A stretch of DNA of 64,000 nucleotides, taken from Ranitomeya imitator (lineage: Eukaryota). The DNA lies in contig NW_027193546.1 in assembly GCF_032444005.1 (NCBI RefSeq), forward strand, positions 496,001-560,000. The letters are read 5' to 3'. Position numbers and translations under genes: made by a program. Below are positions 48,735 through 62,887 of this stretch, in pieces. Positions within the stretch are counted from its first letter, which is position 1; each line of letters opens with the position of its first letter. Below the pieces are notes generated by a model. The model saw only the letters and a list, made by a program, of their open reading frames with translations. It did not search any database and was not told where the DNA came from.

Positions 48735-51700
48735 ACTGATCATACAGCTCTGCGGGGAGGAGGTGGTGGCACTGATCATACAGCTCTGCGGGGGAGAAGG
48801 TGGTGGCACTGATCATACAGCTCTGCGGGGTGGAGGTGATTTCTCTGATCATACAGCTCTGCAGGGAGGAGTAGGTGGTGGCACTGATGATACAGCTCTG
48901 CGGGGAGGAGGTGGTGGCACTGATCATACAGCTCTGCGGGGAGGAGGAGGTGGCACTGATCATACAGCTCTGCGGGGAGGAGGTGGTGGCACTGATCATA
49001 CAGCTCTGCGGGGAGGAGGTGGTGGCACTGATCATACAGCTCTGCGGGGAGGAGGTGGTGGCACTGATCGTACAGCTCTGCGGGGAGGAGGTGGTGGCAC
49101 TGATCATACAGCTCTGCAGGGAGGAGGTGGTGGCACTGATCATACAGCTCTGCGGGGAGAAGGTGTTGGCACTGATCATACAGCTCTCCGGGGAGGAGGT
49201 GATTTCTCTGATCATACAGCTCTGCAGGGAGGAGGAGGTTATGGCTCTGATCATACAGGTCTGAGGGGAGTAGGTGGTGGCTCTGATCATACAGCTCTGC
49301 GGGGAGAGGGTGGTGGCACTGATCATACAGCTCTGCGGGGAGGAGGTGATGGCTCTGATCCTACAGCTCTGCGGGGAGAATGTGGTGGCTCTGATCATAC
49401 AGCTCTGCAGGGAGGAGGTGGTGGCACTGATCATACAGCTCTGCGGGGAGGAGGTGGTGGCACTGATCATACAGCTCTGCGGGGAGGAGGTGGTGGCACT
49501 GATCATACAGCTCTGCGGGGAGGAGGTGGTGGCACTGATCATACAGCTCTGCGGGGAGGAGGTGATTTCTCTGATCATACAGCTCTGCAGGGAGGAGGTG
49601 GTGGCTCTGATCATACAGCTCTGCGGGGAGGAGGTGGTGGCTCTGATCATACAGCTCTGCGGGGAGGAGGTGGTGGTACTGATCATACAGCTGTGCGGGG
49701 AGGAGGTGATTTCTCTGATCATACAGCTCTGCAGGGAGGAGGTGGTGGCTCTGATCATACAGCTCTGCGGGGAGGAGGTGGTGGCTCTGATCATACAGCT
49801 CTGCGGGGAGGAGGAGGTGGCACTGATCATACAGCTCTGCGGGGAGGAGGTGGTGGCACTGATCATACAGCTCTGCGGGGAGGAGGTGGTGGCACTGATC
49901 ATACAGCTCTGCGGGGAGGAGGTGGTGGCACTGATCATACAGCTCTGCGGGGAGGAGGAGCTGGCTCTGATCATACAGCTCTGCGGGGTGGAGGTGATTT
50001 CTCTGATCATACAGCTCTGCAGGGAGGAGGTGGTGGCTCTGATCATACAGCTCTGCGGGGAGGAGGTGGTGGCTCTGATCATACAGCTCTGCGGGGAGGA
50101 GGAGGTGGCACTGATCATACAGCTCTGCGGGGAGGAGGTGGTGGCACTGATCATACAGCTCTGCGGGGAGGAGGTGGTGGCACTGATCATACAGCTCTGC
50201 GGGGAGGAGGAGGTGGCACTGATCATACAGCTCTGCGGGGAGGAGGTGGTGGCACTGATCATACAGCTCTGCGGGGAGGAGGTGGTGGCACTGATCATAC
50301 AGCTCTGCGGGGAGGAGGTGGTGGCACTGATCATACAGCTCTGCGGGGAGGAGGAGGTGGCACTGATCATACAGCTCTGCGGGGAGGAGGTGGTGGCACT
50401 GATCATACAGCTCTGCGGGGAGGAGGTGGTGGCTCTGATCATGCTGCTCTGCGGGGAGGAGGTGGTGGTACTGATCATACAGCTGTGCGGGGAGGAGGTG
50501 ATTTCTCTGATCATACAGCTCTGCAGGGAGGAGGTGGTGGCTCTGATCATACAGCTCTGCGGGGAGGAGGTGGTGGCACTGATCATACAGCTCTGCGGGG
50601 AGGAGGTGGTGGCACTGATCATACAGCTCTGCGGGGAGGAGGTGGTGGCACTGATTATACAGCTCTGCGGGGAGAGGGTGGTGGCTCTGATCATACAGCT
50701 CTGCGGGGAGGAGGTGGTGGCTCTGATCATACAGCTCTGCGGGGTGGAGGTGATTTCTCTGATCATACAGCTCTGCGGGGTGGAGGTGGTGGCACTGATT
50801 ATACAGCTCTGCGGGGAGGAAGTGGTGGCTCTGATCATACAGCTCTGCGGGGGAGAAGGTGGTGGCACTGATCATACAGCTCTGCGGGGTGGAGGTGATT
50901 TCTCTGATCATACAGCTCTGCAGGGAGGAGTAGGTGGTGGCACTGATGATACAGCTCTGCGGGGAGGAGGTGGTGGCACTGATCATACAGCTCTGCGGGG
51001 TGGAGGTGATTTCTCTGATCATACAGCTCTGCGGGGAGGAGGAGGTGGCACTGATCATACAGCTCTGCGGGGAGGAGGTGGTGGCACTGATCATACAGCT
51101 CTGCGGGGAGGAGGTGGTGGCACTGATCATACAGCTCTGCGGGGAGGAGGTGGTGGCACTGATTATACAGCTCTGCGGGGAGAGGGTGGTGGCTCTGGTC
51201 ATACAGCTCTGCGGGGAGGAGGTGGTGGCTCTGATCATACAGCTCTGCGGGGTGGAGGTGATTTCTCTGATCATACAGCTCTGCGGGGTGGAGGTGGTGG
51301 CACTGATTATACAGCTCTGCGGGGAGGAAGTGGTGGCTCTGATCATACAGCTCTGCGGGGGAGAAGGTGGTGGCACTGATCATACAGCTCTGCGGGGTGG
51401 AGGTGGTGGCACTGATCATACAGCTCTGCGGGGAGGAGGTGATTTCTCTGATCATACAGCTCTGCAGGGAGGAGTAGGTGGTGGCACTGATGATACAGCT
51501 CTGCGGGGAGGAGGTGGTGGCACTGATCATACAGCTCTGCGGGGAGGAGGAGGTGGCACTGATCATACAGCTCTGCGGGGAGGAGGTGGTGGCACTGATC
51601 ATACAGCTCTGCAGGGAGGAGGTGGTGGCACTGATCATACAGCTCTGCGGGGAGAAGGTGTTGGCACTGATCATACAGCTCTCCGGGGAGGAGGTGATTT

Positions 51701-54050
51701 CTCTGATCATACAGCTCTGCAGGGAGGAGGAGGTTATGGCTCTGATCATACAGGTCTGAGGGGAGTAGGTGGTGGCTCTGATCATACAGCTCTGCGGGGA
51801 GAGGGTGGTGGCACTGATCATACAGCTCTGCGGGGAGGAGGTGATGGCTCTGATCCTACAACTCTGCGGGGAGAATGTGGTGGCTCTGATCATACAGCTC
51901 TGCGGGGAGAAGGTGGTGGCACTGATCATACGGCTCTCCGGGGAGGAGGTGATTTCTCTGATCATACAGCTCTGCAGGGAGGAGGTGGTGGCTCTGATCA
52001 TACAGCTCTGCGGAGAGGAGGTGGTGGCTCTGATCATGCAGCTCTGCGGGGAGGAGGTGGTGGCACTGATCATACAGCTCTGCGGGGAGGAGGTGGTGGT
52101 ACTGATCATACAGCTCTGCGGGGAGGAGGTGGTGGCTCTGATCATACAGCTCTGCGGGGAGGAGGTGGTGGTACTGATCATACAGCTGTGCGGGGAGGAG
52201 GTGATTTCTCTGATCATACAGCTCTGCAGGGAGGAGGTGGTGTCTCTGATCATACAGCTCTGCGGGGAGGAGGTGGTGGCTCTGATCATACAGCTCTGCG
52301 GGGAGGAGGAGGTGGCACTGATCATACAGCTCTGCGGGGAGGAGGTGGTGGTACTGATCATACAGCTGTGCGGGGAGGAGGTGATTTCTCTGATCATACA
52401 GCTCTGCAGGGAGGAGGTGGTGTCTCTGATCATACAGCTCTGCGGGGAGGAGGTGGTGGCTCTGATCATACAGCTCTGCGGGGAGGAGGAGGTGGCACTG
52501 ATCATACAGCTCTGCGGGGAGGAGGTGGTGGCACTGATCATACAGCTCTGCGGGGAGGAGGAGGTGGCTCTGATCATACAGCTCTGCGGGGAGGAGGTGG
52601 TGGCACTGATCATACAGCTCTGCGGGGAGGAGGTGGTGGCACTGATCATACAGCTCTGCAGGGAGGAGGTGGTGGCACTGATCATACAGCTCTGCGGGGA
52701 GAAGGTGTTGGCACTGATCATACAGCTCTCCGGGGAGGAGGTGATTTCTCTGATCATACAGCTCTGCAGGGAGGAGGAGGTTATGGCTCTGATCATACAG
52801 GTCTGAGGGGAGTAGGTGGTGGCTCTGATCATACAGCTCTGCGGGGAGAGGGTGGTGGCACTGATCATACAGCTCTGCGGGGAGGAGGTGATGGCTCTGA
52901 TCCTACAGCTCTGCGGGGAGAATGTGGTGGCTCTGATCATACAGCTCTGCGGGGAGAAGGTGGTGGCACTGATCATACGGCTCTCCGGGGAGGAGGTGAT
53001 TTCTCTGATCATACAGCTCTGCAGGGAGGAGGTGGTGGCTCTGATCATACAGCTCTGCGGAGAGGAGGTGGTGGCTCTGATCATGCAGCTCTGCGGGGAG
53101 GAGGTGGTGGCACTGATCATACAGCTCTGCGGGGAGGAGGTGGTGGTACTGATCATACAGCTCTGCGGGGAGGAGGTGGTGGCTCTGATCATACAGCTCT
53201 GCGGGGAGGAGGTGGTGGTACTGATCATACAGCTGTGCGGGGAGGAGGTGATTTCTCTGATCATACAGCTCTGCGGGGAGGAGGAGGTGGCACTGATCAT
53301 ACAGCTCTGCGGGGAGGAGGTGGTGGCACTGATCATACAGCTCTGCGGGGAGGAGGTGGTGGCACTGATCATACAGCTCTGCGGGGAGGAGGTGGTGGCA
53401 CTGATCATACAGCTCTGCGGGGAGGAGGAGGTGGCACTGATCATACAGCTCTGCGGGGAGGAGGTGGTGGCACTGATCATACAGCTCTGCGGGGAGGAGG
53501 TGGTGGCACTGATCATACAGCTCTGCGGGGAGTGGGTGATGGCACTGATCATACAGCTCTGCGGGGAGGAGGTGGTGGCACTGATCATACAGCTCTGCGG
53601 GGAGGAGGTGGTGGCACTGATCATACAGCTCTGCGGGGAGGAGGTGGTGGCACTGATCATACAGCTCTGCGGGGAGGAGGTGGTGGCACTGATCATACAG
53701 CTCTGCGGGGAGAGGGTGGTGGCACTGATCATACAGCTCTGCGGGGAGGAAGTGGTGGCACTGATCATACAGCTCTGCGGGGAGGAGGTAGTGGCACTGA
53801 TCATACAGCTCTGCGGGGAGGAGGTGGTGGCACTGATCATACAGCTCTGCGGGGAGGAGGTGGTGGCACTGATCATACAGCTCTGCGGGGAGGAGTTGGT
53901 GGCACTGATCATACAGCTCTGCGGGGAGGAGGTGGTGGCACTGATCATACAGCTCTGCGGGGAGGAGGTGGTGGCACTGATCATACAGCTCTGCGGGGAG
54001 GAGGTAGTGGCACTGATCATACAGCTCTGCGGGGAGGAGGTGGTGGCTCT
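48735..54050. repeat. 36-bp satellite array 2, about 148 units, complete, between the H1 stem-loop and the H3 promoter
   Basis: Same monomer and variant cassettes as array 1; both ends visible. Confidence 0.99.
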
Positions 54051-54060
54051 TATAAGAGCC
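54045..54060 (-). terminator. H1 3' stem-loop, unit 2
   Basis: GGCTCTTATAAGAGCC. Confidence 0.96.
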
Positions 54061-54088
54061 TTTGTGGTAACAGAACAGGGGCTGCAGC

Positions 54089-54727
54089 TTATTTCTTAGC
54101 CGCGGGCTTCTTGGCTTTCGCAGCCTTCTTAGCCGGACTCTTGGCGGGTTTGGCCGCCTTCTTAGCCGGACTCTTCGTCACCTTCTTGGGCTTGGGAGCG
54201 GCTTTCGGCTTCTTGGGGCTCTTGGCCGCTTTCTTGGCCGCTGCGGGCTTCTTGGCCTTTTTCGGGCTCTTCTTGGCCGCAGTCGGAGCCTTCTTGGGCT
54301 TCTTCGGAGATTTGGCGGCTTTCTTGGCAGCAGCGGGTTTCTTAGGTTTGGCCGCAGCTGCTGGCTTCGTCTTGGCCACTTTGTCCTTCGTCTCCTGCTT
54401 CTTGTTCAGCTTGAAGGACCCGGAGGCGCCGCTGCCTTTCACCTGGAGGAGGGCGCCCTTGGTGACCAGAGCCTTGACGGCCAGCTTCAGGCGGCTGTTG
54501 TTCTTCTCTACATCGTATCCTCCAGCAGACAGAGCCTTCTTCAGGGCGGCCAGAGACACCCCGCTGCGCTCCTTGGAGGCGGACACGGCTTTCACGATCA
54601 GCTCGGAGACGCTGGGGCCGGAGGGTTTATTGCTCTTCTTGGCAGCAGATTTCTTCGGCTGCTTCTTGGATTTGGCGGCCGGTTCTGCGGGAGGGGGAGC
54701 GGCGGCTGGCGCGGTCTCTGCCATCAT
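54089..54727 (-). CDS. H1: Linker histone H1, unit 2 (the tracked extension to 54775 is 5' UTR)
   Basis: Protein identical to 29901-30539. Confidence 0.99.
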   Translation of the reverse strand: MMAETAPAAAPPPAEPAAKSKKQPKKSAAKKSNKPSGPSVSELIVKAVSASKERSGVSLAALKKALSAGGYDVEKNNSRLKLAVKALVTKGALLQVKGSGASGSFKLNKKQETKDKVAKTKPAAAAKPKKPAAAKKAAKSPKKPKKAPTAAKKSPKKAKKPAAAKKAAKSPKKPKAAPKPKKVTKSPAKKAAKPAKSPAKKAAKAKKPAAKK

Positions 54728-55728
54728 GTGCTGCTGACGCAAAATGAAAATATTTCCTGATAGGAAGGAAAACACTGAGGCCGGAGCTGGAGGCGCCTGT
54801 TATATGTACAGGCTTACTGCGCACTGATTGGCTGCTGAGCAGCACCGTCCTGAGCTTCTATTGGCTGACACTGGACACAGGCCCCGCCCCCTCCCAGCTG
54901 AGTCCGAGTGAAGCTCCGCTCTCCCCTTGTGCTTCCCTGCCCGGGATAAAAGCCCTTTACCGGCTAACACCGGACAGCAGAGCGCGATTCCTCCGTCGCC
55001 TCCCCTTCTCCAACATCTCCACCGGCCATTTGTAGCCGTCACTAGCAGAGATGCCGGGAAAGAGCGGAGAGGAAATCCCGGGATCATCGCCGCCGTCCTC
55101 CCGATCTGCACCTCACTGTGTATCCGGGGAGATAAATCTGCTGCGGGAGCTCGTTCCTCCTATTCCCGGCTCCTGTCACCATCACAGGGATCTTTACTCC
55201 TATGTCTATCGCACAGGAAGCTGATTGTACGATGTGGGGACGAGCTGGAGCTGCTGAGAACCCAGAAGGGTAACACAGGCGACGGCCTCCGCTGACTGCC
55301 ACCTCCCTGACCTGTGGTGTCACTGTACCCCGTATGTGCAGAGGATTGGGGGGACACGTGTTCCACACCAGTAGATGATCCACATCGGTGGCTGATTGCA
55401 ATCACCTGCCTGATATCGTGTCTTACCCAGTGTGAAGCTGTGACCGCTGCGGCCTGTCATGGTGCGAAGAGCTCTGATGAGGCGACAGCTGCACACTGCG
55501 ACTCCCCAACCAAACACATAAACATCTCCGGGGAGAAAACTGAAATATTAATGGATTTATGTGACCCCCACTATTGTGTAAAAGGGGAATATTGGGAGAA
55601 AAGCGGAGACACAAAATCCAGCGTCTACACAGAGAACACAGCTGTACATAGTTTATATAGTGCACAACATTACATCTGCACAGCCCAGATCAGCAGTGTA
55701 ATAAGTGTCACTGATACTAGAGGAGAGG

Positions 55729-55936
55729 GTACAGTATATACAGCAGAGTGTACAGTATATACAGCAGAGTACACAGTATATAGAGCAGAGTGTACAGTAT
55801 ATACAGCAGTGTGCACAGTATATAGAGCCAGTGTGTACAGTACATACAGCAGTGTGTACAGTATATAGAGCAGTGTGTAAAGTATATACAGCAGTGTGTA
55901 CAATTTATAGACCAGAGTGTACAGTATATAGAGCAG
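55729..55936. repeat. 21-bp minisatellite, unit 2; followed by a TC tract to about 56314
   Basis: Copy of 31541-31748. Confidence 0.93.
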
Positions 55937-56619
55937 TCTCCCCTCTCTTCTTCTTTCTCTCTCTCTCTCCCTCTTTCTTAATCTCTATTTCTCTCTCCTC
56001 TCTTTCATTATTTCCTTCTCTCCTTTCTCTCTTCGCTCTCCTCTCTTTCTTTCTCTCTTCTTTTTTCTCTAAATATTTCTCTCACTCTTACTCTTTCTTC
56101 CTTTCTATTTCTCTCTCTCCCTCTCTTTCCCTTGCTTTCTCTTTTTCTTACTTTATATCTATCTCTCTCCTTCTCTCTTTCTTTATCTCTCTTCTCTCTA
56201 CTTCTCTCTCTCTCTCTTTATGTCTCTTTGTCTCTCTCTTTCTCCCTTTCTTTCTCTCTATCTCCTTCTTTCTCATTCTCTCTCTTTCACTTTATCTCTC
56301 TCTTTCTCTCTCTCAGGGAGAGATTATCAATCCTTCATGTCAGCAGTGCACCTCTCCAAAATGAGGCAGATGTACTAGATTTTCTAGGCACCGCCATCTG
56401 CACGTGGGGTGCTGCTGTAATCCCTGTCATCATCCTCGTTTTTCCTCTCCACGTTTCCATATCCAGCCAAGTGATCGCTGGGCCCAGTATTCTCATCAGC
56501 ATTGCCGATACTTCGAGCTGTAGCAAAGGAGAAGGCACAAGTGATGATAACCCGCCTCTATGTGCCCTCAAGTGTCTCCGCTGTGGTGCGGGATGATATG
56601 CTATGGAAGGTTAATAATC

Positions 56620-57318
56620 AATAATTGTGTCCTTCCTACAGGCTCTGGTGCCCCATGGAATGAAAGGTTTCCCCAGGAGGGCGGTGGTAAAGATGTTTAA
56701 TGACTTGCTAAGGAATGGTCGCATGCAAAAACTCCAAGACTCGGACACCGTGCTGTCCCAGATTTTGGAGATGACGTGCAGTGACTTGGATTGGGAGGTG
56801 AAGGTGAACGCATTGGACCTGGCACATTCCTATATGTCCCAAACATTGGAGATGGGACCGTCCCTAACGTGCCCTTACACTATAGGGCTGCCATCTAGCA
56901 GAAGCTCAGGTTCCATCTCCGACGCTCTGGTTACATGTGAATGAGTCGGGCTTTTTCCGGCCTTATTGACTTGTCTGTGTGACTGTGACCGGTCAGTGGC
57001 ATCAAAGGCGTGTGAAATCCTGCTCGCTGTGAAGCCCAAACTGTGCAATGGGGACACTGATCCCTCCGAAGAGTATGGAAGAGACTGGCTGGAGCACACG
57101 ATAAAAGAGAAGCAAATGGCAGGCGGGGACGGTGCTGGGGCCGGCAGGGTCGCCCACCAGATTGGGCCACTGGTGTCATACAGAAGATGGATTTGGATAA
57201 CATAAAATGTCCCCTTCCGAAAAACAGCGATCATGTACACGAAACTCCCCGGTCACTGCTGCAGGACGTCAAAGCAACCTTATGGGGGGAAGAAATGCAC
57301 GATGCAGATTGCTACTGA
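56620..57318 (+). pseudogene. BRAT1: BRAT1 C-terminal fragment, copy A, unit 2
   Basis: Same translation and lesions as 32430-33128. Confidence 0.88.
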
Positions 57319-58110
57319 TGCGGAAGTTTATGGTACTTTTCTGCTGCAGATTTCACTGCGGAAATGCCTTTTGTGCTGTAATTTGTAGTGGATCCAACCT
57401 GTGTTTTTCTTTTTTTACTACAGTGCCCTACTGGGACCCAGAAGCCCTCCTGGCCATCCAACTGCTACTCAGGCGCCAATTTCTAAGAAAGATTTATCTC
57501 CTCTCTTTCTTTCTCTTTCTCTAAATCTTTCTCTCACTCTTACCCTTTTCCCCTTTCTATTTCTCTCTCACCCTCTCTTTCTCTTGCTTTCTCTTTCTCT
57601 TTTTTCTCACTTTATCTCTATCTTTCTCTCTCCTTGTCTCTTTCTTCATCTCTATTTCTTCTCTCTCTACTTATCTCCCTCTTTCTTTCTCTTTGTCTTT
57701 ATCTCTCTTTCTTTCTCCTTTGCTTTCTCTCTCTCTCTCTCCTTCTTTCTCATTCTCTCTCGTTCACTCTCTCTCTCTTTGTCTTTATCTCTCCTTCTCT
57801 CTCCCAGGGAGAGATGATCAATCCTTCATGTCAGCAGTGCACCTCTCCAAAATGAGGCAGATGTACTAGATTTTCCAGGCACCGCCATCTGTACGTGCGG
57901 TGCTGCTGTAATCCCTGTCATCATCCTCGTTTTTCCTCTCCACGTTTCCATATCCAGCCAAGTGATCGCTGGGCCCAGTATTCTCATCAGCATTGCCGAT
58001 ACTTCGAGCTATAGCTAAGGAGAAGGCACAAGTGATGATAACCCGCCTCTATGTGCCCTCAAGTGTCTCCGCTGTGGTGCGGGATGATATGCTATGGAAG
58101 GTTAATAATC

Positions 58111-58810
58111 AATAATTGTGTCCTTCCTACAGGCTCTGATGCCCCATGTAATGAAAGGTTTCCCCAGGAGGGCGGTGGTAAAGGTGTTTACTAACTTGCT
58201 AAGGAATGGTCGCATGCAAAAACTCCAAGACTCGGACACCGTGCTGTCCCAGATTTTGGAGATGACGTGCAGTGACTTGGATTGGGAGGTGAAGGTGAAC
58301 GCATTGGACCTGGCACATTCCTATATGTCCCAAACATTGGAGATGGGACCGTCCCTAACGTGCCCTTACACTATAGGGCTGCCATCTAGCAGAAGTTCAG
58401 GTTCCATCTCCGACGCTCTGGTTACATGTGAATGAGTCGGGCTTTTTCCGGCCTTATTGACTTGTCTGTGTGACTGTGACCGGCCAGTGGCATCAAAGGC
58501 GTGTGAAATACTTCTCGCTGTGAAGCCCAATCTGTGCAATGGGGACACTGATCCCTCCGAAGAGTATGGAAGAGACTGGCTGGAGCACACGATAAAAGAG
58601 AAGCAAATGGCAGGCGGGGACGGTGCTGGGGACCGGCAGGGTCGCCCACCAGAATGGGCCACTGGGGTCATAAAGAAGATGGATTTGGATAACATAAAAT
58701 GTTCCCTGCCGAAATACAGCGATTATGTACACGAGACTCCCCGGTCACTGCTGCAGGACGTCAAAGCCACCTTATGGGGGGAAGAAATGCACGATGCAGA
58801 TTGCTACTGA
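58111..58810 (+). pseudogene. BRAT1: BRAT1 C-terminal fragment, copy B, unit 2
   Basis: Same translation as 33923-34622. Confidence 0.88.
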
Positions 58811-59630
58811 TGCGGAAGTTTAAGGGACTTTTCTGCTGCAGATCTCATTGCGGAAATGCCTTTTGTGCTGTGATTTGTAGTGGATCCAACCTGTTTTTTT
58901 CCTACAGTGTCCTACTGGGACCCAGAAGCCCTCCTGGCCATCCGACAGCTACTCAGGCCCCAATTTCGAAGAAGCACGTCCTGGTTATAAGAAAGCAAAT
59001 GCCTTTGGCACTATAGAGGGTGATGTAGTAGGGATTATTTTTCTATTTTGGTTTGCTTCCAGTACAGTTTTCACATTAAATCAGAACAATTAAAGAAAAC
59101 AAACAAAAAAAAAACACGGCACATTCCTGTAATTTTGAATTAAAGCATAACATTTTATATAAACAATGCATAAAAATGTGTCTTTCTGGGTTGTGATTGG
59201 TACATGAGGTAATGGCATAAATTAACATTCAATCACCTGATGTTGATATGATGAAAAATCTCTCCTAATTTCACTTGCTGCTTTCAACCGTGTATTGGGA
59301 TTAACTGTGGGGGCATCATACATTGTGGAGAGTATGATCCACTCTGATCTGGCATGGTCATGACAATAGTCGGGATACCTGCCGCTACAGGGAAGGAAAT
59401 TGTATATAATAAAGAAGCTGGAAAAATAATTGCAGAAACTGTACAATGGGCGGGAAATTCAAACTTCCCAACAGTTCTGTGTTCAGCCAATCAGCAGAGT
59501 AAGGGAGGAGCTAATGATTCTGTAAGCCCCGCCCCGGATAGCGTCATCTCTCCAGTTCTCTCTCTGGTCCATTCTTCCTCCATATAAAGGAGCAGTCCCT
59601 GAGGCTCAGGAATCAGTTTTTGCTCATTGA

Positions 59631-59951
<321 letters not shown>

Positions 59952-60789
59952 TTGTGTTCTCTTCTGTCCTCACAACCCAAAGGCTCTTTTCAGAGCCACC
60001 CACATCTTCTAAGTGAGGGCTGCACCTGACTGCTAGGATCTGATTTCTCTGCTTTGGTGATGTCGCTGTAATGTTAGAACACTCATCGGTGCCAACGTTA
60101 CGCTCCGAATACTGAATAGTCCCAAGGATATCCTGACGTGGAAAGACTAAACGGCTTACCCGAAGCAGATCCCTCTACAGCTCTAATCAGGGGGGTGTTC
60201 AGGGCGGTTTCCAAATGTAGGTTAATATTCTGTCTAGACATTTAATATCCTGTTCTTATTGGGCGCTGATTAGTAGATTTATGGGGGATATATATCCGCA
60301 CTGGGCCGCAGTGATAATTTCCTGATCAGATCCGTGTACAGGGAATGTGGCTGTAGGAGGCAGCTGGATAGATGGACGCCCTGTGTGTCATCACATAGGG
60401 TACGGAGACTCCTATGTGATGACCACGTGATGACCACGTCCTGGACACTAATGTTTCGGGTGGATGGCGCCTCTGAAGACTATTATAACCTCCTCAGAAT
60501 AATGATGGGCTGTTTGAGGTCTGATAGCCACGGCTGCGCGTTTTGAGGTCCTGTCATGTATTTATATATATCCGGTGTGTGCAGTGTATGGGGGGACACA
60601 GGTGTTGGTTCTGTTCCCTACAGCTCCTGTCCTGTATATGTATATACAAAGCGTATACATTGTGTGCAGTGTATGGGGGACACAGCGCTGCCGGGGCCTG
60701 GGGTGAAGGTGCCGCATCTGTGGATACTCTGGTAAAGAAAAGATCAGCTGGAAAACGGCACGTAAGGAGTTAAACGGGAGAGGAAAGAC

Positions 60790-61265
60790 GTGCAACAAAA
60801 TTAATAAAGGGGATGGGAGAACTACAATACCCAGATAGATTAGCGAAATTAGGATTATTTAGTCTAGAAAAAAGACGACTGAGGGGCGATCTAATAACCA
60901 TGTATAAGTATATAAGGGGACAATACAAATATCTCGCTGAGGATCTGTTTATACCAAGGAAGGTGACGGCACAAGGGGGCATTCTTTGCGTCTGGAGGAG
61001 AGAAGGTTTTTCCACCAACATAGAAGAGGATTCTTTACTGTTAGGGCAGTGAGAATCTGGAATTGCTTGCCTGAGGAGGTGGTGATGGCGAACTCAGTCG
61101 AGGGGTTCAAGAGAGGCCTGGATGTCTTCCTGGAGCAGAACAATATTGTATCATACAATTAGGTTCTGTAGAGGGACGTAGATCTGGGGATTTGTTGTGA
61201 TGGAGTGTGGGCTGAACTGGATGGACAAATGTCTTTTTTCGGCCTTACTAACTATGTTACTATGT
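60790..61265 (+). mobile_element. CR1 fragment, unit 2 copy of 36591-37066
   Basis: Same sequence and frameshift. Confidence 0.95.
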
Positions 61266-61703
61266 ACATCACTGAAGGCTGAGCGTTACCAAGGTTTCTC
61301 GCTCATTGTCTGATCACAGAATCCGTTGGGGAATTTGAATTCCCCGCTCATAATCTCCGGAGGATTGTTACAGGTCACTGATAGCGACAACCATCCCCCA
61401 CCCCCTTACTGCGGGACCTGCTAACTACATGTAGACCTCAGCGCGGAGTATCAGACACTAAGGAGGGGACATTTCCTGCGAGCTTGGCAGACGACACTCC
61501 ACCTGAGGGTCTGAGACTTCATGTGGGATTGACCCATTCATCTCCTGTTATTCTGTGGATATGTGCACCAACAATGGCGGCAATGGTGTATGAACTATCA
61601 GCCTCATGCGAGGACCCCCGAGATAGGCGGCGCCGGCTCTTGTGGTGACGGTGTGGGTGGCTCTTAGAAGAGCCTTTGGTTTTGTAGAGATTGGCGGCAG
61701 CGC

Positions 61704-62096
61704 TCACTTGCTCTTGCTCGCCTTGCTGCTCTCGGTCTTCTTGGGCAGCAGCACGGCCTGGATGTTGGGCAGGACGCCCCCCTGGGCAATGGTCACCCCA
61801 CCCAGCAGCCTGTTCAGCTCCTCGTCATTGCGCACCGCCAGCTGCAGGTGACGGGGGATGATGCGGGTCTTCTTGTTGTCCCGGGCAGCATTGCCGGCCA
61901 ATTCCAGGATCTCAGCGGTCAGATACTCCAGCACAGCGGCCAGATAGACCGGAGCGCCGGCGCCGACTCTCTCAGCGTAGTTGCCCTTGCGGAGAAGCCT
62001 GTGCACACGGCCGACTGGGAACTGCAGTCCTGCCCGGGATGAGCGGGTCTTGGCCTTAGCACGGACCTTTCCTCCTTGTTTGCCGCGTCCAGACAT
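61704..62096 (-). CDS. H2A: Histone H2A, unit 2 (stem-loop 61659-61674)
   Basis: Protein identical to 37505-37897. Confidence 0.99.
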   Translation of the reverse strand: MSGRGKQGGKVRAKAKTRSSRAGLQFPVGRVHRLLRKGNYAERVGAGAPVYLAAVLEYLTAEILELAGNAARDNKKTRIIPRHLQLAVRNDEELNRLLGGVTIAQGGVLPNIQAVLLPKKTESSKASKSK

Positions 62097-62887
62097 GATG
62101 CCGATAACTAATGACGGAAAATCGTGTAGAGAAGAGTCTGTGCTGTGTCGCCTTATATAGTCCGTTGCTCCGCCCTCCTCTCCTGTCGTTGGACGGATCT
62201 GAAGATGAAAATGGAGAAGAGTATTGGAGATCCACCAATGAGCTACAGAGGGCGGAGCTTATTATTGCTCCTTTCTCAAATGAGTTTCTCACCCAATAGA
62301 AAACGTTCGCTTTGGACAGAATAGATAAGGGGTGAAAACAGATATCTGTCCTGGAGCAGAAGGAAATGCAGAAATATTCTGTTGACTTGTTGTTTGCACT
62401 TGTTGGACTTGTGTCTTCTATCAGCCATATATTGCACTGACAGTCTGGCGGGTGAGGGGTTAATTCCTGTCAGGAGGAGGCTCCTCACTCACCCGCTTAT
62501 TATCCTGTGCAGATCCCCTGTGGTGTCCGCGCTTATACTATCACAGCCTGACTGAGACAAGTCTCCTATGTTCTGCCCGGAGCCTGATGTGACGCTGCCG
62601 GGTCTCGGGTGGGGGAAGTCGCCGCTTCTGTAAAGCGAGTGTGTAGTGGGGGGTCAGCACACACGGACACTGAGGAGTTAAATGGAGGCGGATATTCCTG
62701 TATCTGGGATTGGTCGGCGCCTGCGGATGTCTCTCGCTCATTGGCTGATTACAGATCCGTTGCTGGTTTTGAATTCCCCGCTCAGTTTCTGCTCTTTGTC
62801 CGTCGGGTTTATTACCGGCCCCTTTGCTGGAGCGGCGATCGCTGATAATACCGGGTCCTGTCATCCCAGCTGTCTGCCCCCAAACAC

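Noticed and set aside
54728-54775. N-terminally extended H1 in unit 2
   Set aside because: The extension starts at a non-ATG codon in the 5' UTR and exists only because a substitution removes the TAG seen in unit 1.
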